A stretch of DNA of 64,000 nt from Candidatus Latescibacterota bacterium (GCA_965223905.1 CBDCXV010000009.1:384001-448000), one strand, 5' to 3'. Shown: positions 1 to 10,742, counted from the stretch's first letter. Made by a program: numbers and translations. Notes: generated by a model not told the origin, from the letters alone.

Positions 1-1277
1 TCCGGATCTTCTCCTTGATAGACCTTGATCTCCACGCTTTCCTGATGTTCGTGCATGGTGAAGAATACTTCCGTCCGGGTAGCCGGGAGTCTGGCGTTGC
101 GCCGGATGAGGGGAATGAACTGGTGAGCGTAAGGCATACCGTAGAGTTCCCCGACGGCACTGGTGCCGAAAGTATAGGGCGTGATATCGACGAGGACGGC
201 CTGCACCTCCTGCCCCGTCTCGATCCCCGCCTGCACCGCAGCCCCCAGCGCCACGCACAAATCCGGGTCCACGCCGCCGTGCGGCTCCTGCCCGAGTCGC
301 TCCGAAAGGAGTTGGACAATGCGCGGAATGCGGGTCGAACCTCCCACCAGCAGAATGCGGTCGAGCTGGCTCGGGCGCACATCGGCGTCGTTGAGCGCCG
401 TAGTAACAGCCTGCATGGTGCGGGCCAGCGGTTCTTCCAGCGCGCGCTCAAAGTCGTCGCGGCTCAGTTCGCAGGAAAGATGCAGGGCCTCGCCGTTGAC
501 CGAAGCGACGTGGTCTTCCTCCACGCAGGCGTACGGCTGATGGGAGAGTTCGATTTTGGCTCTTTCCGCCGCCTGCCGCAGCCGCGCCTGCAAAAGCCGG
601 TTCCCGCGGCTGTCCGCAAGGCCCAGTTCGGTTTCGATGTGGGTGTTGAGGCGCTCGAGGAGGACCTGATCGAAATCGTCGCCCCCCAGGTGGTTGTCCC
701 CGGTGGAAGCCAAGACCTCAACCACCCCTGCTTCCATGCTCACCACCGAGACGTCGAAGGTGCCCCCGCCTAGATCGTACACGAGGATTTTGCGGTGTCC
801 CTCGCTGCTGCTTTCGTAACTGAGCGCAGCGGCGGTAGGCTCGTTGATAATCCGCACCACCTCCAGGCCGGCGAGATCGCCGGCTTCCCGGGTGGCCTGC
901 CGCTGGGCATCGGTGAAATAGGCCGGTACCGTGATGACGGCCTTGGACACGGGCCGGCCCAGAGCCGAGCTCGCCCGCTCTTTGAGCGCCTTGAGAATAA
1001 AGGCAGAAATCTCCTGCGGCCTGTATTCCTCCGCTCCCATCGGCACCTTGGTCTCGGAACCCATCAGGCGCTTGATGGAAAGCACCGTGCGCTCAGGGGC
1101 GACCGCGTACTGATTGCGGGCCTGGTGCCCGATGATGACCTGCCCCGTCTCATCGAGCCCCACACACGAAGGCAGAATCGCTTCATCCCCCTCCCGGACG
1201 ATCCGGGGCGTCCCCCCGGAAATGACCGCCACTTCCGAGTTGGTCGTGCCCAGGTCAATACCGATAATCGGTTCCAT
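1..1277 (-). CDS. Hsp70/DnaK-family chaperone (runs off the left edge)
   Basis: Minus-strand translation from ATG 1277 after RBS AAGGAG: MEPIIGIDLGTTNSEVA, YDLGGGTFDVS, LLVGGSTRIP. Missing from the ORF track because no stop lies in the window. Confidence 0.93.
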   Translation of the reverse strand, partial: MEPIIGIDLGTTNSEVAVISGGTPRIVREGDEAILPSCVGLDETGQVIIGHQARNQYAVAPERTVLSIKRLMGSETKVPMGAEEYRPQEISAFILKALKERASSALGRPVSKAVITVPAYFTDAQRQATREAGDLAGLEVVRIINEPTAAALSYESSSEGHRKILVYDLGGGTFDVSVVSMEAGVVEVLASTGDNHLGGDDFDQVLLERLNTHIETELGLADSRGNRLLQARLRQAAERAKIELSHQPYACVEEDHVASVNGEALHLSCELSRDDFERALEEPLARTMQAVTTALNDADVRPSQLDRILLVGGSTRIPRIVQLLSERLGQEPHGGVDPDLCVALGAAVQAGIETGQEVQAVLVDITPYTFGTSAVGELYGMPYAHQFIPLIRRNARLPATRTEVFFTMHEHQESVEIKVYQGEDP

Positions 1278-1281
1278 GGAA

Positions 1282-1950
1282 TCACTCCTTCAGGTCGAGA
1301 CGGTTGACGGCTACCTCGGCCAGGCGCAGTACCTGGCCGTCTCGCGTAAAACCGCTGAGAAACTCCTCGACGACCACATTGTCGGCGAGTTGGGCGACCC
1401 GGCGCGTCTCCACCGACCGCATGGTGCGGGCATCGAAGGGATGCCCTACGGTCGGCAAGAGCTGGACGCCGAAACCACCCAGCATCCGGTCGAAGCGTCT
1501 GAGAGCCAATTCATAGCCTTGCACCACCCCGGCAATCCCCGGTGCGCGGCGCCGGAACAGCAGCGGCGGTCGACGCAGTTCGCCTGCCGCCGCCCGGCCT
1601 CGCACCAAAGCGTCGCGCACCTCGAAAAAAGGCCGCAGGCAGCGATCCTCGGCCGCCCTGGCGACGCGCTGCTCGAAGGATGCCAGGTCTTCTTCCCGGT
1701 GCTGCGCCCAGTCCGCGACCGTTTCGTATAGAGCGCCCGCCCTGGTCAACTCCCGGCCAACTCTGGCCTGCTCCCGGTTCTGCAGGCGGGTCTCCTGCCG
1801 CAGGGCGGCAATTTCTGCGAACAGGTCGCGCAGGTCGCACTCGGCGGTTTCCCCGGCATCCGCCGCTGGAGGGTCCCCGGTCCACTCCTCCAGCCACTGC
1901 CCGAAATCCGCCAGCGCCTGTTGCTTCCAGTCGTCGCCCGGCCTACCCAT
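1282..1950 (-). CDS. grpE: GrpE-like nucleotide exchange factor
   Basis: Coiled coil followed by VGHPFDARTMRSV...GFTRDGQVLRLAEVAV; adjacent to Hsp70. Confidence 0.85.
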   Translation of the reverse strand: MGRPGDDWKQQALADFGQWLEEWTGDPPAADAGETAECDLRDLFAEIAALRQETRLQNREQARVGRELTRAGALYETVADWAQHREEDLASFEQRVARAAEDRCLRPFFEVRDALVRGRAAAGELRRPPLLFRRRAPGIAGVVQGYELALRRFDRMLGGFGVQLLPTVGHPFDARTMRSVETRRVAQLADNVVVEEFLSGFTRDGQVLRLAEVAVNRLDLKE

Positions 1951-2269
1951 CGCTGCCGTTGCCTTTCACCGGCACCTTGCCCTCCGCAGCAAGGAGCGTT
2001 TTCAAGCCCGGTGTCCTGCCCCGGGCCGGCCGCGCCTGGACCAATGCCTTGAGAGCGAGTTCAAATTCGCCGTACCGGGCCATCCCGAAGATGGCGGTTT
2101 CCACTCGCGAGCGGTCGTCCTTCAAGGCGTCGTATGCGGCGGCAATTTGCTGGAAGCGCTGCGGGTTCCGGCCGGGTGGATGGGTGCGGACCAGCTGCAA
2201 ATAGCGCTGGCGAATCTCTGCCTGGGAGGCGGTCGGAGAAAGCCCCAGGACCAGGTAATGAGCCAGCAT
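1943..2269 (-). CDS. Small J-domain protein with non-canonical HPP motif
   Basis: HYLVLGLSPTASQAEIRQRYLQLVRTHPPGRNPQRFQQIAAAYDAL. Confidence 0.85.
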   Translation of the reverse strand: MLAHYLVLGLSPTASQAEIRQRYLQLVRTHPPGRNPQRFQQIAAAYDALKDDRSRVETAIFGMARYGEFELALKALVQARPARGRTPGLKTLLAAEGKVPVKGNGSDG

Positions 2270-2289
2270 GTCTCAGCTCCTCGACGAGG

Positions 2290-4932
2290 TCATTTCTTTT
2301 TACGGGCGAAGAGTAAAAAGAACACTTCCGGCGATAGCGAGTCGCTCAGATTCTCTGCCTCGCACTCGCGGGCGATCCGTTCCAGGTCTCGCCGCGTCTC
2401 AGGACTGGATCTGAAATCGCCGGCAAATTCCTTGAGTGCGGACAGGGGGGCTCCTCGCAGGTTGTTTTCATCGATGATGTCTTCCAGCTCGAACAGTTCT
2501 TCTTCTATACGGCTGCCGCCCGGATCCGGAAACGCCGGAGCCCCGGCCCCGTCGCTGAGCGGCCCGCCCGTCCCGCCGAGGAGGTCCAGCGGAAACCCAC
2601 CCCCGAACAGGGCCAAGGGCAAGTCGAGCAGGTCAAAGCGGAACTCCTGCAGGGCCTTCCGCAAGGGGCCGTACACGTTGCCGGCGAGCCGCGCCGCAGC
2701 CGCCCGCAGCCGCGTCTGGTCGGCGGCATCGGCCGCGTCGAGGACTTCCATAAAGCGCCTCGAATCGTAGTCCTGGCCCTCCTGGTAGCGAATCACCGCC
2801 AGGTAGAACAGCAGCAGCCGGTCGCGTCGGGCCTTTTTGCCGCCCCGCAGGCGGCGGTCTATTTCGGCGCGGACCGGAGCGAGCTCGTCGCAGGCCATCA
2901 GGATATCGAAAAAGGCCAGCAGGACATCCCCTTCGAGGCGCTCCATGAGTGCCGGCCACCACTCGGCGAGGACCGGAGCCGTCTGCAGGCGTTCGTAGAG
3001 GATGTGGAAGTCAGCCGGCAAGGGGGCGACGAGCTCGAGTATTTCGTCGGGGCCGAGTTTGTCCAGGGCGGTTGATTGCCGGCGGAGCAACACCTTCAGG
3101 GCACTTGCCATTTCGGGCGCGACGTTTTTGACATGGCTGTTTTCCGCCAGGTCGTGGAGCAGCAGGGCCAACGTCCTGAGCCGGGCACCGGGCGGCAGGC
3201 ACTCCAGGTGGGGAGCGACGATCTCGGCGGCGTCCCCGCCGGCGGATACAATCGCCAGAAGAAGACGCTTCACCCGCAAGACCAGAGCCAGCCGCGGACG
3301 CTCCAGGTTCCCGGCGCGCTGGAGGTCCCTGTCGGCCAACTCGAACCTTCCGCGCTTGCGGCTCTGATCGGCGGATTTGAGGAAGCCGATGGCCTGCATA
3401 TCCAGAAGACGCTCGTCGTGGGGAGCCCGCCGCCGGCCCTCAGCCAGCGCTTTTTCGGCGCGCCGGTACGCATTCCTGGCATAGTGGAGGGCCGCCAGTT
3501 CCAGATGGGGGTCCGGATCGTCGGGGAAGCGGGCGGCCATATCGTCCAAGGTCTTTTCGAAGCTTGACCGGTACTCGGGGTGGCCCCGCAGCAGACCGAG
3601 GAGAAAGCGATAGCCGTCGCGGTTGCCGGGGTCTGCCGCGAGGCTGGCGGTCATCAACCGGGCCAACAACATCCCGGGATCTCCGAGCGGTTCGTTTATC
3701 AAGGCCGCGAGACACTCTACCGTTTCGGAAGGCAGGTGGTGGGGCTGAAGACCGACCTTGTCAGCGGTCCGGGCAAGGCCCTCCAGCACGCGGCCACGGG
3801 CCAGGGCCCGGTCAGGCGCATGGGGAAACACCATGGGTAGCTGGTTGAGATACAAAGCAGCCGGCGTGGGATCCCACATGTGGGGAACTATCTGCTGGAA
3901 CAGCATGCCGATCTGGGCGATGGCACCAGGCACCCGTTCAGCCGGCAGGAGCCGGCTGGCCAGGCGGGGGAGGGAATCGATGGGCACTTTGTTCTGGGGA
4001 AGGGCCAGACCAACCACCTGCAGCAGGGCGATCCGGGCCTGGAGAGGCTCTTCGGGGTAAATGGCAGCGGCCAGGCCGGGAACAAGTCGTTCAATATCGC
4101 GCAGACGCCCTTTGTGGATCGCTTCGCCCAGTTGGTCGGCCAAGGCCGCGCTGCCCGTCCCCAGGGCTTGCTGAACGGCCGCCGACCCGCCCTCGCCTTC
4201 GCCGGTGCAATGACGTCTCCATTCGGCGACTGTGCGCGGCAGGGCAAAATCGGCCGGCAACAGGTCGAGAATCCGGAGCAACCCCTCGCTGTCGCCGTTG
4301 CCGAAACACACCATGGCCTTGCAAAACAGACGCCAGGCAGCAAACGGGGAGCGCCGGCTGATTCCTTGCAGCAGGCCGCCGGCCCGCTCCCAGTCCCCGG
4401 CGTCCATGGCTTCAAGGCTCTCCTGGACTGGCGCGGCGTCTCGCCGGAGGGGGTGATCCGCGGCGAGGACTTCGAGGCCCTGCCAGCACCGTTGGACCAC
4501 GAGCAGATCCGCCAGCATCCGCTCGACCTGGAGAATGGGCGGCAATGGGGTCTGCAGATAGTCCGCATATTCCGCCAGTACTTCCGCCCCGTCTGCGTGG
4601 CGGAAGTACTGCACCAGGTCTTCTTCGGCCAGCTGCTGGAAGGAAATGGAGGTTCGGTACTGGGCAGCACCTGCCCGCATCGCACCGGCTTCCTTGGCCA
4701 GGCCCTTTTCCGCCAACTGACGGGCGCGTTGCATGCAGGCACAAAAAAGCAACAGCGGCAGTTCCTCCATCGCGGGATCGCCGTGCTGGGCCTGCCTGAG
4801 CAGGTCGAGGGCTCCGCGTCCATCCCCCTCTGTCAAAGCCTGCCGGGCCTGCGTCAACAGATGCCTGGGCGGAACGCGCCTTTGTTTCAGCCGTTTCCGC
4901 TTTCGATCTCTGCGGCTGTGCTTACCAGGCAT
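2290..4932 (-). CDS. Large alpha-helical/TPR-like protein (~880 aa)
   Basis: Long ORF; likely start MPGKHSRR at 4932, directly after the PQQ gene stop; TPR-like segments such as FPDDPDPHLELAALHYARNAYRRAEKAL. Confidence 0.75.
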   Translation of the reverse strand: MPGKHSRRDRKRKRLKQRRVPPRHLLTQARQALTEGDGRGALDLLRQAQHGDPAMEELPLLLFCACMQRARQLAEKGLAKEAGAMRAGAAQYRTSISFQQLAEEDLVQYFRHADGAEVLAEYADYLQTPLPPILQVERMLADLLVVQRCWQGLEVLAADHPLRRDAAPVQESLEAMDAGDWERAGGLLQGISRRSPFAAWRLFCKAMVCFGNGDSEGLLRILDLLPADFALPRTVAEWRRHCTGEGEGGSAAVQQALGTGSAALADQLGEAIHKGRLRDIERLVPGLAAAIYPEEPLQARIALLQVVGLALPQNKVPIDSLPRLASRLLPAERVPGAIAQIGMLFQQIVPHMWDPTPAALYLNQLPMVFPHAPDRALARGRVLEGLARTADKVGLQPHHLPSETVECLAALINEPLGDPGMLLARLMTASLAADPGNRDGYRFLLGLLRGHPEYRSSFEKTLDDMAARFPDDPDPHLELAALHYARNAYRRAEKALAEGRRRAPHDERLLDMQAIGFLKSADQSRKRGRFELADRDLQRAGNLERPRLALVLRVKRLLLAIVSAGGDAAEIVAPHLECLPPGARLRTLALLLHDLAENSHVKNVAPEMASALKVLLRRQSTALDKLGPDEILELVAPLPADFHILYERLQTAPVLAEWWPALMERLEGDVLLAFFDILMACDELAPVRAEIDRRLRGGKKARRDRLLLFYLAVIRYQEGQDYDSRRFMEVLDAADAADQTRLRAAAARLAGNVYGPLRKALQEFRFDLLDLPLALFGGGFPLDLLGGTGGPLSDGAGAPAFPDPGGSRIEEELFELEDIIDENNLRGAPLSALKEFAGDFRSSPETRRDLERIARECEAENLSDSLSPEVFFLLFARKKK

Positions 4933-4933
4933 T

Positions 4934-6172
4934 TTACCCCGTCCGCTCCGCCAGGTTGAGGCAGACGATTTCCTGTTCGTCGCGGAGGAAGAGATGGCCC
5001 CCCGCGAGTGTGGGCAGCGTCCAGCAGCGGCCCTTGAGAGCGGGAAAGCCGGCCTTTTCGACGAAGCCCGCGGGCGTGGCCTCGGCCAGGCCGAGATTGC
5101 CGCGTTCACCCAGGATGACGAGGTGGCCGTCGGCGGCGATCAAAGTGCCCTTGCCGTAGCCCCGGGTCTTCCACTTTTCCGCGCCGGTCCCGGCGTCGAT
5201 GCACTTGAGGATCGAGTTGTCGAAACCGTAGAGGTGGCCCTGGTAGTAGATGGAGGTGGCGAAGTGATTTTTCATTTCCGTATTGCGCCAGATCTCCTTC
5301 ACACTATAGCCGCGGTCTGTGGCGGAGACCTCCACCACGGTGCCGCCCGTGCCGTAGCCGGAGGAGACAAAGAAGCGGTCGGGTGGTATGAAAACCGGGG
5401 TGGCGGCGTTGACGTCGTGCCTGGTCGTCCAGGGGTGTTTCCACAGTACCTGGCCGTTTTGCGGCGCGACCGAGACCAGCCCGTAACCGGTGAAAAACAC
5501 CGCCTGGGGCGTCTGGCCGATGGTGACAGCGATGGGAGAGGAGTAGCCCAGCTTGTCGCTGCCGGTGGTCCAGGCGACCTCGCCGCTGGTTTTGTCAAAG
5601 GCTATCAGCGAATGACCGCCACCGCCGGCTTCGATCAGGACCAGGTCTCCTGCGACCAGAGGCGACGGACAAAAGCCCCAGCGGGCCCTCTTGCTGCCGT
5701 ATTCGCGCACCAGGTCGCGGCTCCATTTTTGAGAGCCGGTCCGACTGTCGAGGGCGTAGAGTTTGCCGTAGGCGCTGGAGACATAGACCGTCGTGTCGTC
5801 GACGGTGGGGGAGGCACGCGGACCGTCGCCGCCCTGCCGTTCCATCAGCATCCCGTCGGTGCGGGTGCGCCACAGCACTTCGCCGTTGCGGGCGTCGAGA
5901 CAGACCGCGTATTCATCCCCGCCGTGGATGTACATCGTATAGATGCGATTGCCGGCTACGGACAACCCGGAAAAACCCTTCCCGCCTTGAACCCGCCAGG
6001 ACTCATGTAACGACAGCTTGTCGCCGAACAGGCCGGTCTCCGACGAAATGCCGTTGCGGTCGGGGCCGAGCCATTGCGGCCAGCCCGCCGACTGCCAGCG
6101 CGACCAATCCTGGGCCAAGGTTGGAAAGGCGCATAAGAGGAGGGTCAGGGCAACTCCCAATATCTTCTTCAT
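4934..6172 (-). CDS. Secreted PQQ-binding-like (BamB-type) beta-propeller protein
   Basis: Signal peptide, WPQWLGPDRNG, repeated LDARNGEVLW / GFCPSPLV / GYSSPI motifs. Confidence 0.9.
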   Translation of the reverse strand: MKKILGVALTLLLCAFPTLAQDWSRWQSAGWPQWLGPDRNGISSETGLFGDKLSLHESWRVQGGKGFSGLSVAGNRIYTMYIHGGDEYAVCLDARNGEVLWRTRTDGMLMERQGGDGPRASPTVDDTTVYVSSAYGKLYALDSRTGSQKWSRDLVREYGSKRARWGFCPSPLVAGDLVLIEAGGGGHSLIAFDKTSGEVAWTTGSDKLGYSSPIAVTIGQTPQAVFFTGYGLVSVAPQNGQVLWKHPWTTRHDVNAATPVFIPPDRFFVSSGYGTGGTVVEVSATDRGYSVKEIWRNTEMKNHFATSIYYQGHLYGFDNSILKCIDAGTGAEKWKTRGYGKGTLIAADGHLVILGERGNLGLAEATPAGFVEKAGFPALKGRCWTLPTLAGGHLFLRDEQEIVCLNLAERTG

Positions 6173-6367
6173 TGGACCGCTTCGTTGAGTTGCGGGTGGA
6201 GGTTAAAATTCGGTCGGGCGCGATGGACAGGAGTCGCGCGCTGATGTACAGGTAAAATAAGACACCTTTCCGGACTCTCTGCTCCTCGCGCATGGCCTTG
6301 ACGGGACACAAAAAAACGCGGAGCAGACGAGCTGCCCCGCGTCGTGAAGGAAAACAGGAACCGGTGC

Positions 6368-6961
6368 TTACCCCCGGCCGCGCCAGCGTTTGCCGCCGCC
6401 GTAAAACGCCTCGTCCTTCATCTCCTCAAGCTTTTCGCGCTGTTCATCGGTCAAGATGCTTTCCAGGACCGTGCGGTGCTTTTGGCGCGTTTCGCGTATT
6501 TCTGTGCGTTGCTCTGTGCGCAGTTCCTTGACCTGTTCCTTCTGCTCGTCGGTCAGGTCCAGCCTTGAAAACGCGCCCAGGCCGCCGCGCCCCGCGTGGT
6601 GCCGACCCTTACCGCCGCGCCGGTCGAAAAACTTGCCGCGCTTGCCGCGCATTTCTTTCAGGGTCTCCTGCTGCTCCTCGGTCAAAATGTTCATTACCGC
6701 TTCGCGCTGCTCCTCGCCCATGGCGGCCATGGTCTCGCGCTGCTCGCGCATGGATTCGCGCTGCTCCTTGCGCAACGCCTGCAGCTGTTCCTTCTGCTCG
6801 TCGGTCAGGTCGAGACGCTCCAGCATCCACGGCATGGGCTGCCTGTGCCCACGCATCTTTCCTCCGTGTCCGGCTACAGCCACGGTGCCCAGAGCACCGA
6901 GTGCCAGCGCGATGCCGGCTGCGATGATCCATTTCTTTTTCACTTTCTTTCTCCGCGTCAA
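6368..6961 (-). CDS. Spy/CpxP-family periplasmic chaperone (LTxxQ repeats)
   Basis: Signal peptide and repeated LDLTDEQKEQ / ILTEEQ motifs. Confidence 0.85.
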   Translation of the reverse strand: MTRRKKVKKKWIIAAGIALALGALGTVAVAGHGGKMRGHRQPMPWMLERLDLTDEQKEQLQALRKEQRESMREQRETMAAMGEEQREAVMNILTEEQQETLKEMRGKRGKFFDRRGGKGRHHAGRGGLGAFSRLDLTDEQKEQVKELRTEQRTEIRETRQKHRTVLESILTDEQREKLEEMKDEAFYGGGKRWRGRG

Positions 6962-7123
6962 GCGTTAATTGGGTTTTCCGCCCTGGTCGGCGGCTCGTGA
7001 GAGATGGCCATTTCTCTTCTCCACGCCCCATTAGACCACCGATTGATGCAATTCATTCCATTGCGGCTTCATTTTTTTGGCGCTGCCGATTGCGGCTGAC
7101 CCGGCCACGCCCTTGGTGGACTC

Positions 7124-8296
7124 TCAACGAGGGATCCTAGCCAGACTGCCGCAGGCGGCACGAGTACCAGGTCGGTTCACCAGGTACTCGTCGCCTTCAG
7201 AGCGCGACTCAGCGCCTCGACTGCCGTCCCCTGTAGCTTGTGCCGCCTCGCGGGCAAACCTCGGCGAATCGCTGTCGCCGCCGGCGATCCGTTCCAGCGC
7301 GTCCGCCTGTGCCTTCAGGGCCGCGTTGCCCTCCTCGACGGCGCCGGCCACCTCGCGAGAGATCACGCCAGCGGCCCACTCGCAGAACTTCACCGCGGCG
7401 GCGCGAGCCTTCGCCCACTCACCCGCCCGGCCCTGGAGCCCGTCCTTCGCCCCGCCCGACTGCTCGACTTCCTCCGCCCACGCCGACAGCCCGCTCGTAC
7501 CGTGCCGCAGGTCTTCAGCCCTGGCCGGCATCTCCGACCCCGAACTCTCGCCCGACAGCAAGGCCACCGCCCACGCGAGAGCCTGGCCCGCGATCCGGAC
7601 GTCGTCGACGGCTTTGGAGGGCTCTGAGAACGTGTATAAAGACAGCCACCCGACCGGATCGCACTCGCCGACCTCGCGGTGGTGCACACGGTAGGTTCCG
7701 GATCCCGAACGGTCGACGACCAGGTACTCGCCGCTGTCGTGATCGACACCGCTGACGGGACCCCACATCCAGCCCATGTGGGCATCCCGCTGCGCGCGGG
7801 TCATCGGCTGCCACATCAGGGCCGGGACTCCGCGGGCCACCGAGGCGGCGACAGCCTCGTAAGCCGCGGACAGTGCAGCTGCCCGCTCCGCCGCGGAAGG
7901 TCTTGGTCTGTCGGGGTGCATCGCTGTCTGGTCGACGCTGCTCACGTCGAGTCCGACGCTGCGGAGGGCGCGGTCGTGGTGATACCACTCGAGGCTGCCG
8001 TACGTCCACACTTCCGCGCTTCGGAGTCCCCACGTCGACTCGAAGGCGTGGCCGCACATACCCGCCAGGACGGAAGGCTCCCAGGGCCGGGACGTGTGGC
8101 GCAGGCAGGTGCCCAATGCCTGGATCAGGCCATGCGGCGTCATGGCCTCGGCCATCTGCACGTCGCGGACTTCGACCACTCCCGATGCGCTAATCTCGCT
8201 CTCCTCATTTGGCTGCTCGTGATGCACCATCCCGACTGGGTCCGGGGACGCTGCTCGTAGAGACTGGAGGCCAGCGCGGCCCGGATCAGCGCGCAC
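7124..8296 (-). CDS. Hypothetical protein (start uncertain)
   Basis: Long ORF with protein-like composition, co-oriented with neighbours. Confidence 0.6.
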   Translation of the reverse strand: MRADPGRAGLQSLRAASPDPVGMVHHEQPNEESEISASGVVEVRDVQMAEAMTPHGLIQALGTCLRHTSRPWEPSVLAGMCGHAFESTWGLRSAEVWTYGSLEWYHHDRALRSVGLDVSSVDQTAMHPDRPRPSAAERAAALSAAYEAVAASVARGVPALMWQPMTRAQRDAHMGWMWGPVSGVDHDSGEYLVVDRSGSGTYRVHHREVGECDPVGWLSLYTFSEPSKAVDDVRIAGQALAWAVALLSGESSGSEMPARAEDLRHGTSGLSAWAEEVEQSGGAKDGLQGRAGEWAKARAAAVKFCEWAAGVISREVAGAVEEGNAALKAQADALERIAGGDSDSPRFAREAAQATGDGSRGAESRSEGDEYLVNRPGTRAACGSLARIPR

Positions 8297-8326
8297 CCTC
8301 GTCTCCGGCCGGGTCGAGGGGTTTGC

Positions 8327-9259
8327 TCACGACGTCAGCGTTCTGACGAAATGGTCGAGGAAGCGCGGCGCATCTACGGCCACGCACACGTCGGCGTTGG
8401 GCTCGGCATCGCCCGCCCGGGCGGGAACCGTGGCGCCGTTGAGGCGCTCGGACCTCGTCTCCACCTCGATCCGCATGGGCCGCGTCTCGCAGAAGGTGGG
8501 ATCGAACACCATGGCGACGGCCAGCGGATCGTGCAGGAGCGGCCGGGGCTCCGGATCGTCACCGCCCCAGAGCTGGATGAGCTCGAAGCACAGCCGGTTG
8601 ATCGGGCGGTCGACCGCGCCGATCGCGCGTACCTGGTCGCTGCTCATGCGGCATTGCTCGGTCACGTCCAGGCCGACCATCGTGATCGGCACGCCGGTCC
8701 CGAACACGATGCGCGCCGCTTCCGGGTCGCACAGCGCGTTCCACTCCGGGAGGACGCGATGGGTGCACCCGCCCATGAGGCAGATCCTGGCCTTGTCGGC
8801 CATGCGGGGTTCCAGCGTGAAGGCGCACGCGATGTTCGTCAGCGGGCCGATCGGCACCAGGGTGACGTCGCCGTCGCCGCTCATGACCGTGTCGACGATG
8901 AAGTCGACGGCGCGCGTGTCCGCGGGCCGCGTCGAGGCCGGATACCGTTCGATCGCCTGCATCTGGTGCGGCCGATGCGCGGCGATCGCTGCCCGGCCTT
9001 CGGCGACCGGGTCGAGCAGGGGCTTCCCCAGGCCGGCGTAGACCCCGACGTCGCTCCGCCCCAGCGCCTCCAGCAGGCAGCAGGCAAGTTCGGCCCGGCG
9101 GACCGTATCGCGGAACACGGTGGTGACGCCGAGCAGCTCGATCTCCCCGCACATGAGCGCATACGCCAGCGCCAGCGCGTCGTCGATGTCGTCCCCGATG
9201 TCGGTGTCCAGGATGATCTTGTGCAATGCGTGCTCCTCTCCGGTGGGGCAAACGACCAA
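8327..9259 (-). CDS. Inosine/uridine-preferring nucleoside hydrolase
   Basis: IILDTDIGDDIDDALAL, IGPLTN, EWN, LHDPLAV motifs. Confidence 0.93.
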   Translation of the reverse strand: MVVCPTGEEHALHKIILDTDIGDDIDDALALAYALMCGEIELLGVTTVFRDTVRRAELACCLLEALGRSDVGVYAGLGKPLLDPVAEGRAAIAAHRPHQMQAIERYPASTRPADTRAVDFIVDTVMSGDGDVTLVPIGPLTNIACAFTLEPRMADKARICLMGGCTHRVLPEWNALCDPEAARIVFGTGVPITMVGLDVTEQCRMSSDQVRAIGAVDRPINRLCFELIQLWGGDDPEPRPLLHDPLAVAMVFDPTFCETRPMRIEVETRSERLNGATVPARAGDAEPNADVCVAVDAPRFLDHFVRTLTS

Positions 9260-9506
9260 GGATGGATCTATTTATTAGGTAAATAAGGGCCGGGCCGGCA
9301 AACCGACCCCGGTCAAAATAGATCGGATCGAAAGCCGCAGACCCGCATCGCGTCCCCCCTTTGCAGGATCGCCTCCGGCGTGGCCGGCGCGTCGAGGGGC
9401 GGCACGGCGCGGGACGCGCCCCTGCGCATTCCTAAAACATATTTGACGTACAACTATTTCGTCGTACGTTTTTTCTAAAACAATTCTGCTTTACAACCGA
9501 AGTGAT

Positions 9507-10742
9507 GTGAAAATGGAAACCACCCCCGAATTCTACACCGGCGCTCCCGTCGACCCGGTGGACCTGCGATCCCGCGACACGTTTCTGGCGGAGCTGTGGC
9601 AGGCGCTGCGCACCGGGCATGTGGTCCTCACGGCCCCTCGGCGAACCGGCAAGACCAGCGTCATGGATTACCTGCGCGACCACCCCGAGAGCGGGTTCTC
9701 TGTGGTGTCCATCAGCGTTCAGGACCTGACCCATCCCGCCGACTTCTTCCAGGTGCTGCTCGATGGATTCCACGATGCGCATCCGGATTTCGTGCGCGAC
9801 CGGCTTGCCGCAGGTTGGGAACTCGTCAGCGGCGTGGTCGGAAAGGTCGACGAAATCGGTGTCGGCGGCTTCAAGCTTGGGCTGCGCGAGAGCGACCCCG
9901 ACTGGCGCACGAACTGGCGCCAGCACGGCGACACGTTTCTCGCCCATGCCCGCAAAACCGATGCCCGGATTTTGTTCATCATCGACGAGTTTCCCGACAT
10001 GTTGCTCAGCCTGTCCCGGGAAGATGAAGGGTTGCCGCGCGAGTTCCTCGCCTGGTTTCGCACCCAGCGACAGAATCCGGCGCCGGCAAGGGATTCGATC
10101 CGCTGGCTGATCGGCGGTTCGGTCAATCTGGCCGGCACCCTCGACGCCCTCGGGCTGGTCGACCTCATCAACGACCTCGAAGACGTTTCCCTGCCGCCCC
10201 TCACCGATGGCGACATCGAAGCCTTCGTAAAGGAGATGCTGAGCGGCCGGGGCGTCCCCTTCGACGACGACGTTCCGCAACGGCTCATCGCTCGCCTGGG
10301 CAGTCCCATCCCCTTCTTCATGCAGATGGCGACCCAGAATCTCTACCGGTTGTGGAAACGCGAGCAACGCAGGATCGCCGCGGCGGATGTCGATGCCGTC
10401 TTCGACGCGATGGTCGTCGGTTCCGCCGCACGCACCCGACTGCAGCACTTCCATTCGAGGATCAACCAGTACTATGCGGATCCGAAACGCTCGCTCGCCC
10501 ATGCCTTGCTGGGACAGATCAGCGTGAGTGAATCAGGGCTGAGGCGCGCAACTCTGTTGCAGGAGACGGAACGCCTGCTGACAGAACTCGGCGTCACCCT
10601 CCCGGCGCATGAACGCAGGCGGATTTTCAACCAGCTGCTGCTCGACCTGGAGAACGATTTCTACATCGTCGAGGTCGAGGAGCCGTTCTACGACTTTGCC
10701 AGCGGCGTCCTGAAATCGTGGTGGAGGAAATACCATGCCTGA
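9507..10742 (+). CDS. P-loop ATPase (STAND/archaeal-ATPase-like)
   Basis: Walker A APRRTGKTS, Walker B IIDEF, C-terminal LKSWW. Confidence 0.85.
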   Translation: MKMETTPEFYTGAPVDPVDLRSRDTFLAELWQALRTGHVVLTAPRRTGKTSVMDYLRDHPESGFSVVSISVQDLTHPADFFQVLLDGFHDAHPDFVRDRLAAGWELVSGVVGKVDEIGVGGFKLGLRESDPDWRTNWRQHGDTFLAHARKTDARILFIIDEFPDMLLSLSREDEGLPREFLAWFRTQRQNPAPARDSIRWLIGGSVNLAGTLDALGLVDLINDLEDVSLPPLTDGDIEAFVKEMLSGRGVPFDDDVPQRLIARLGSPIPFFMQMATQNLYRLWKREQRRIAAADVDAVFDAMVVGSAARTRLQHFHSRINQYYADPKRSLAHALLGQISVSESGLRRATLLQETERLLTELGVTLPAHERRRIFNQLLLDLENDFYIVEVEEPFYDFASGVLKSWWRKYHA

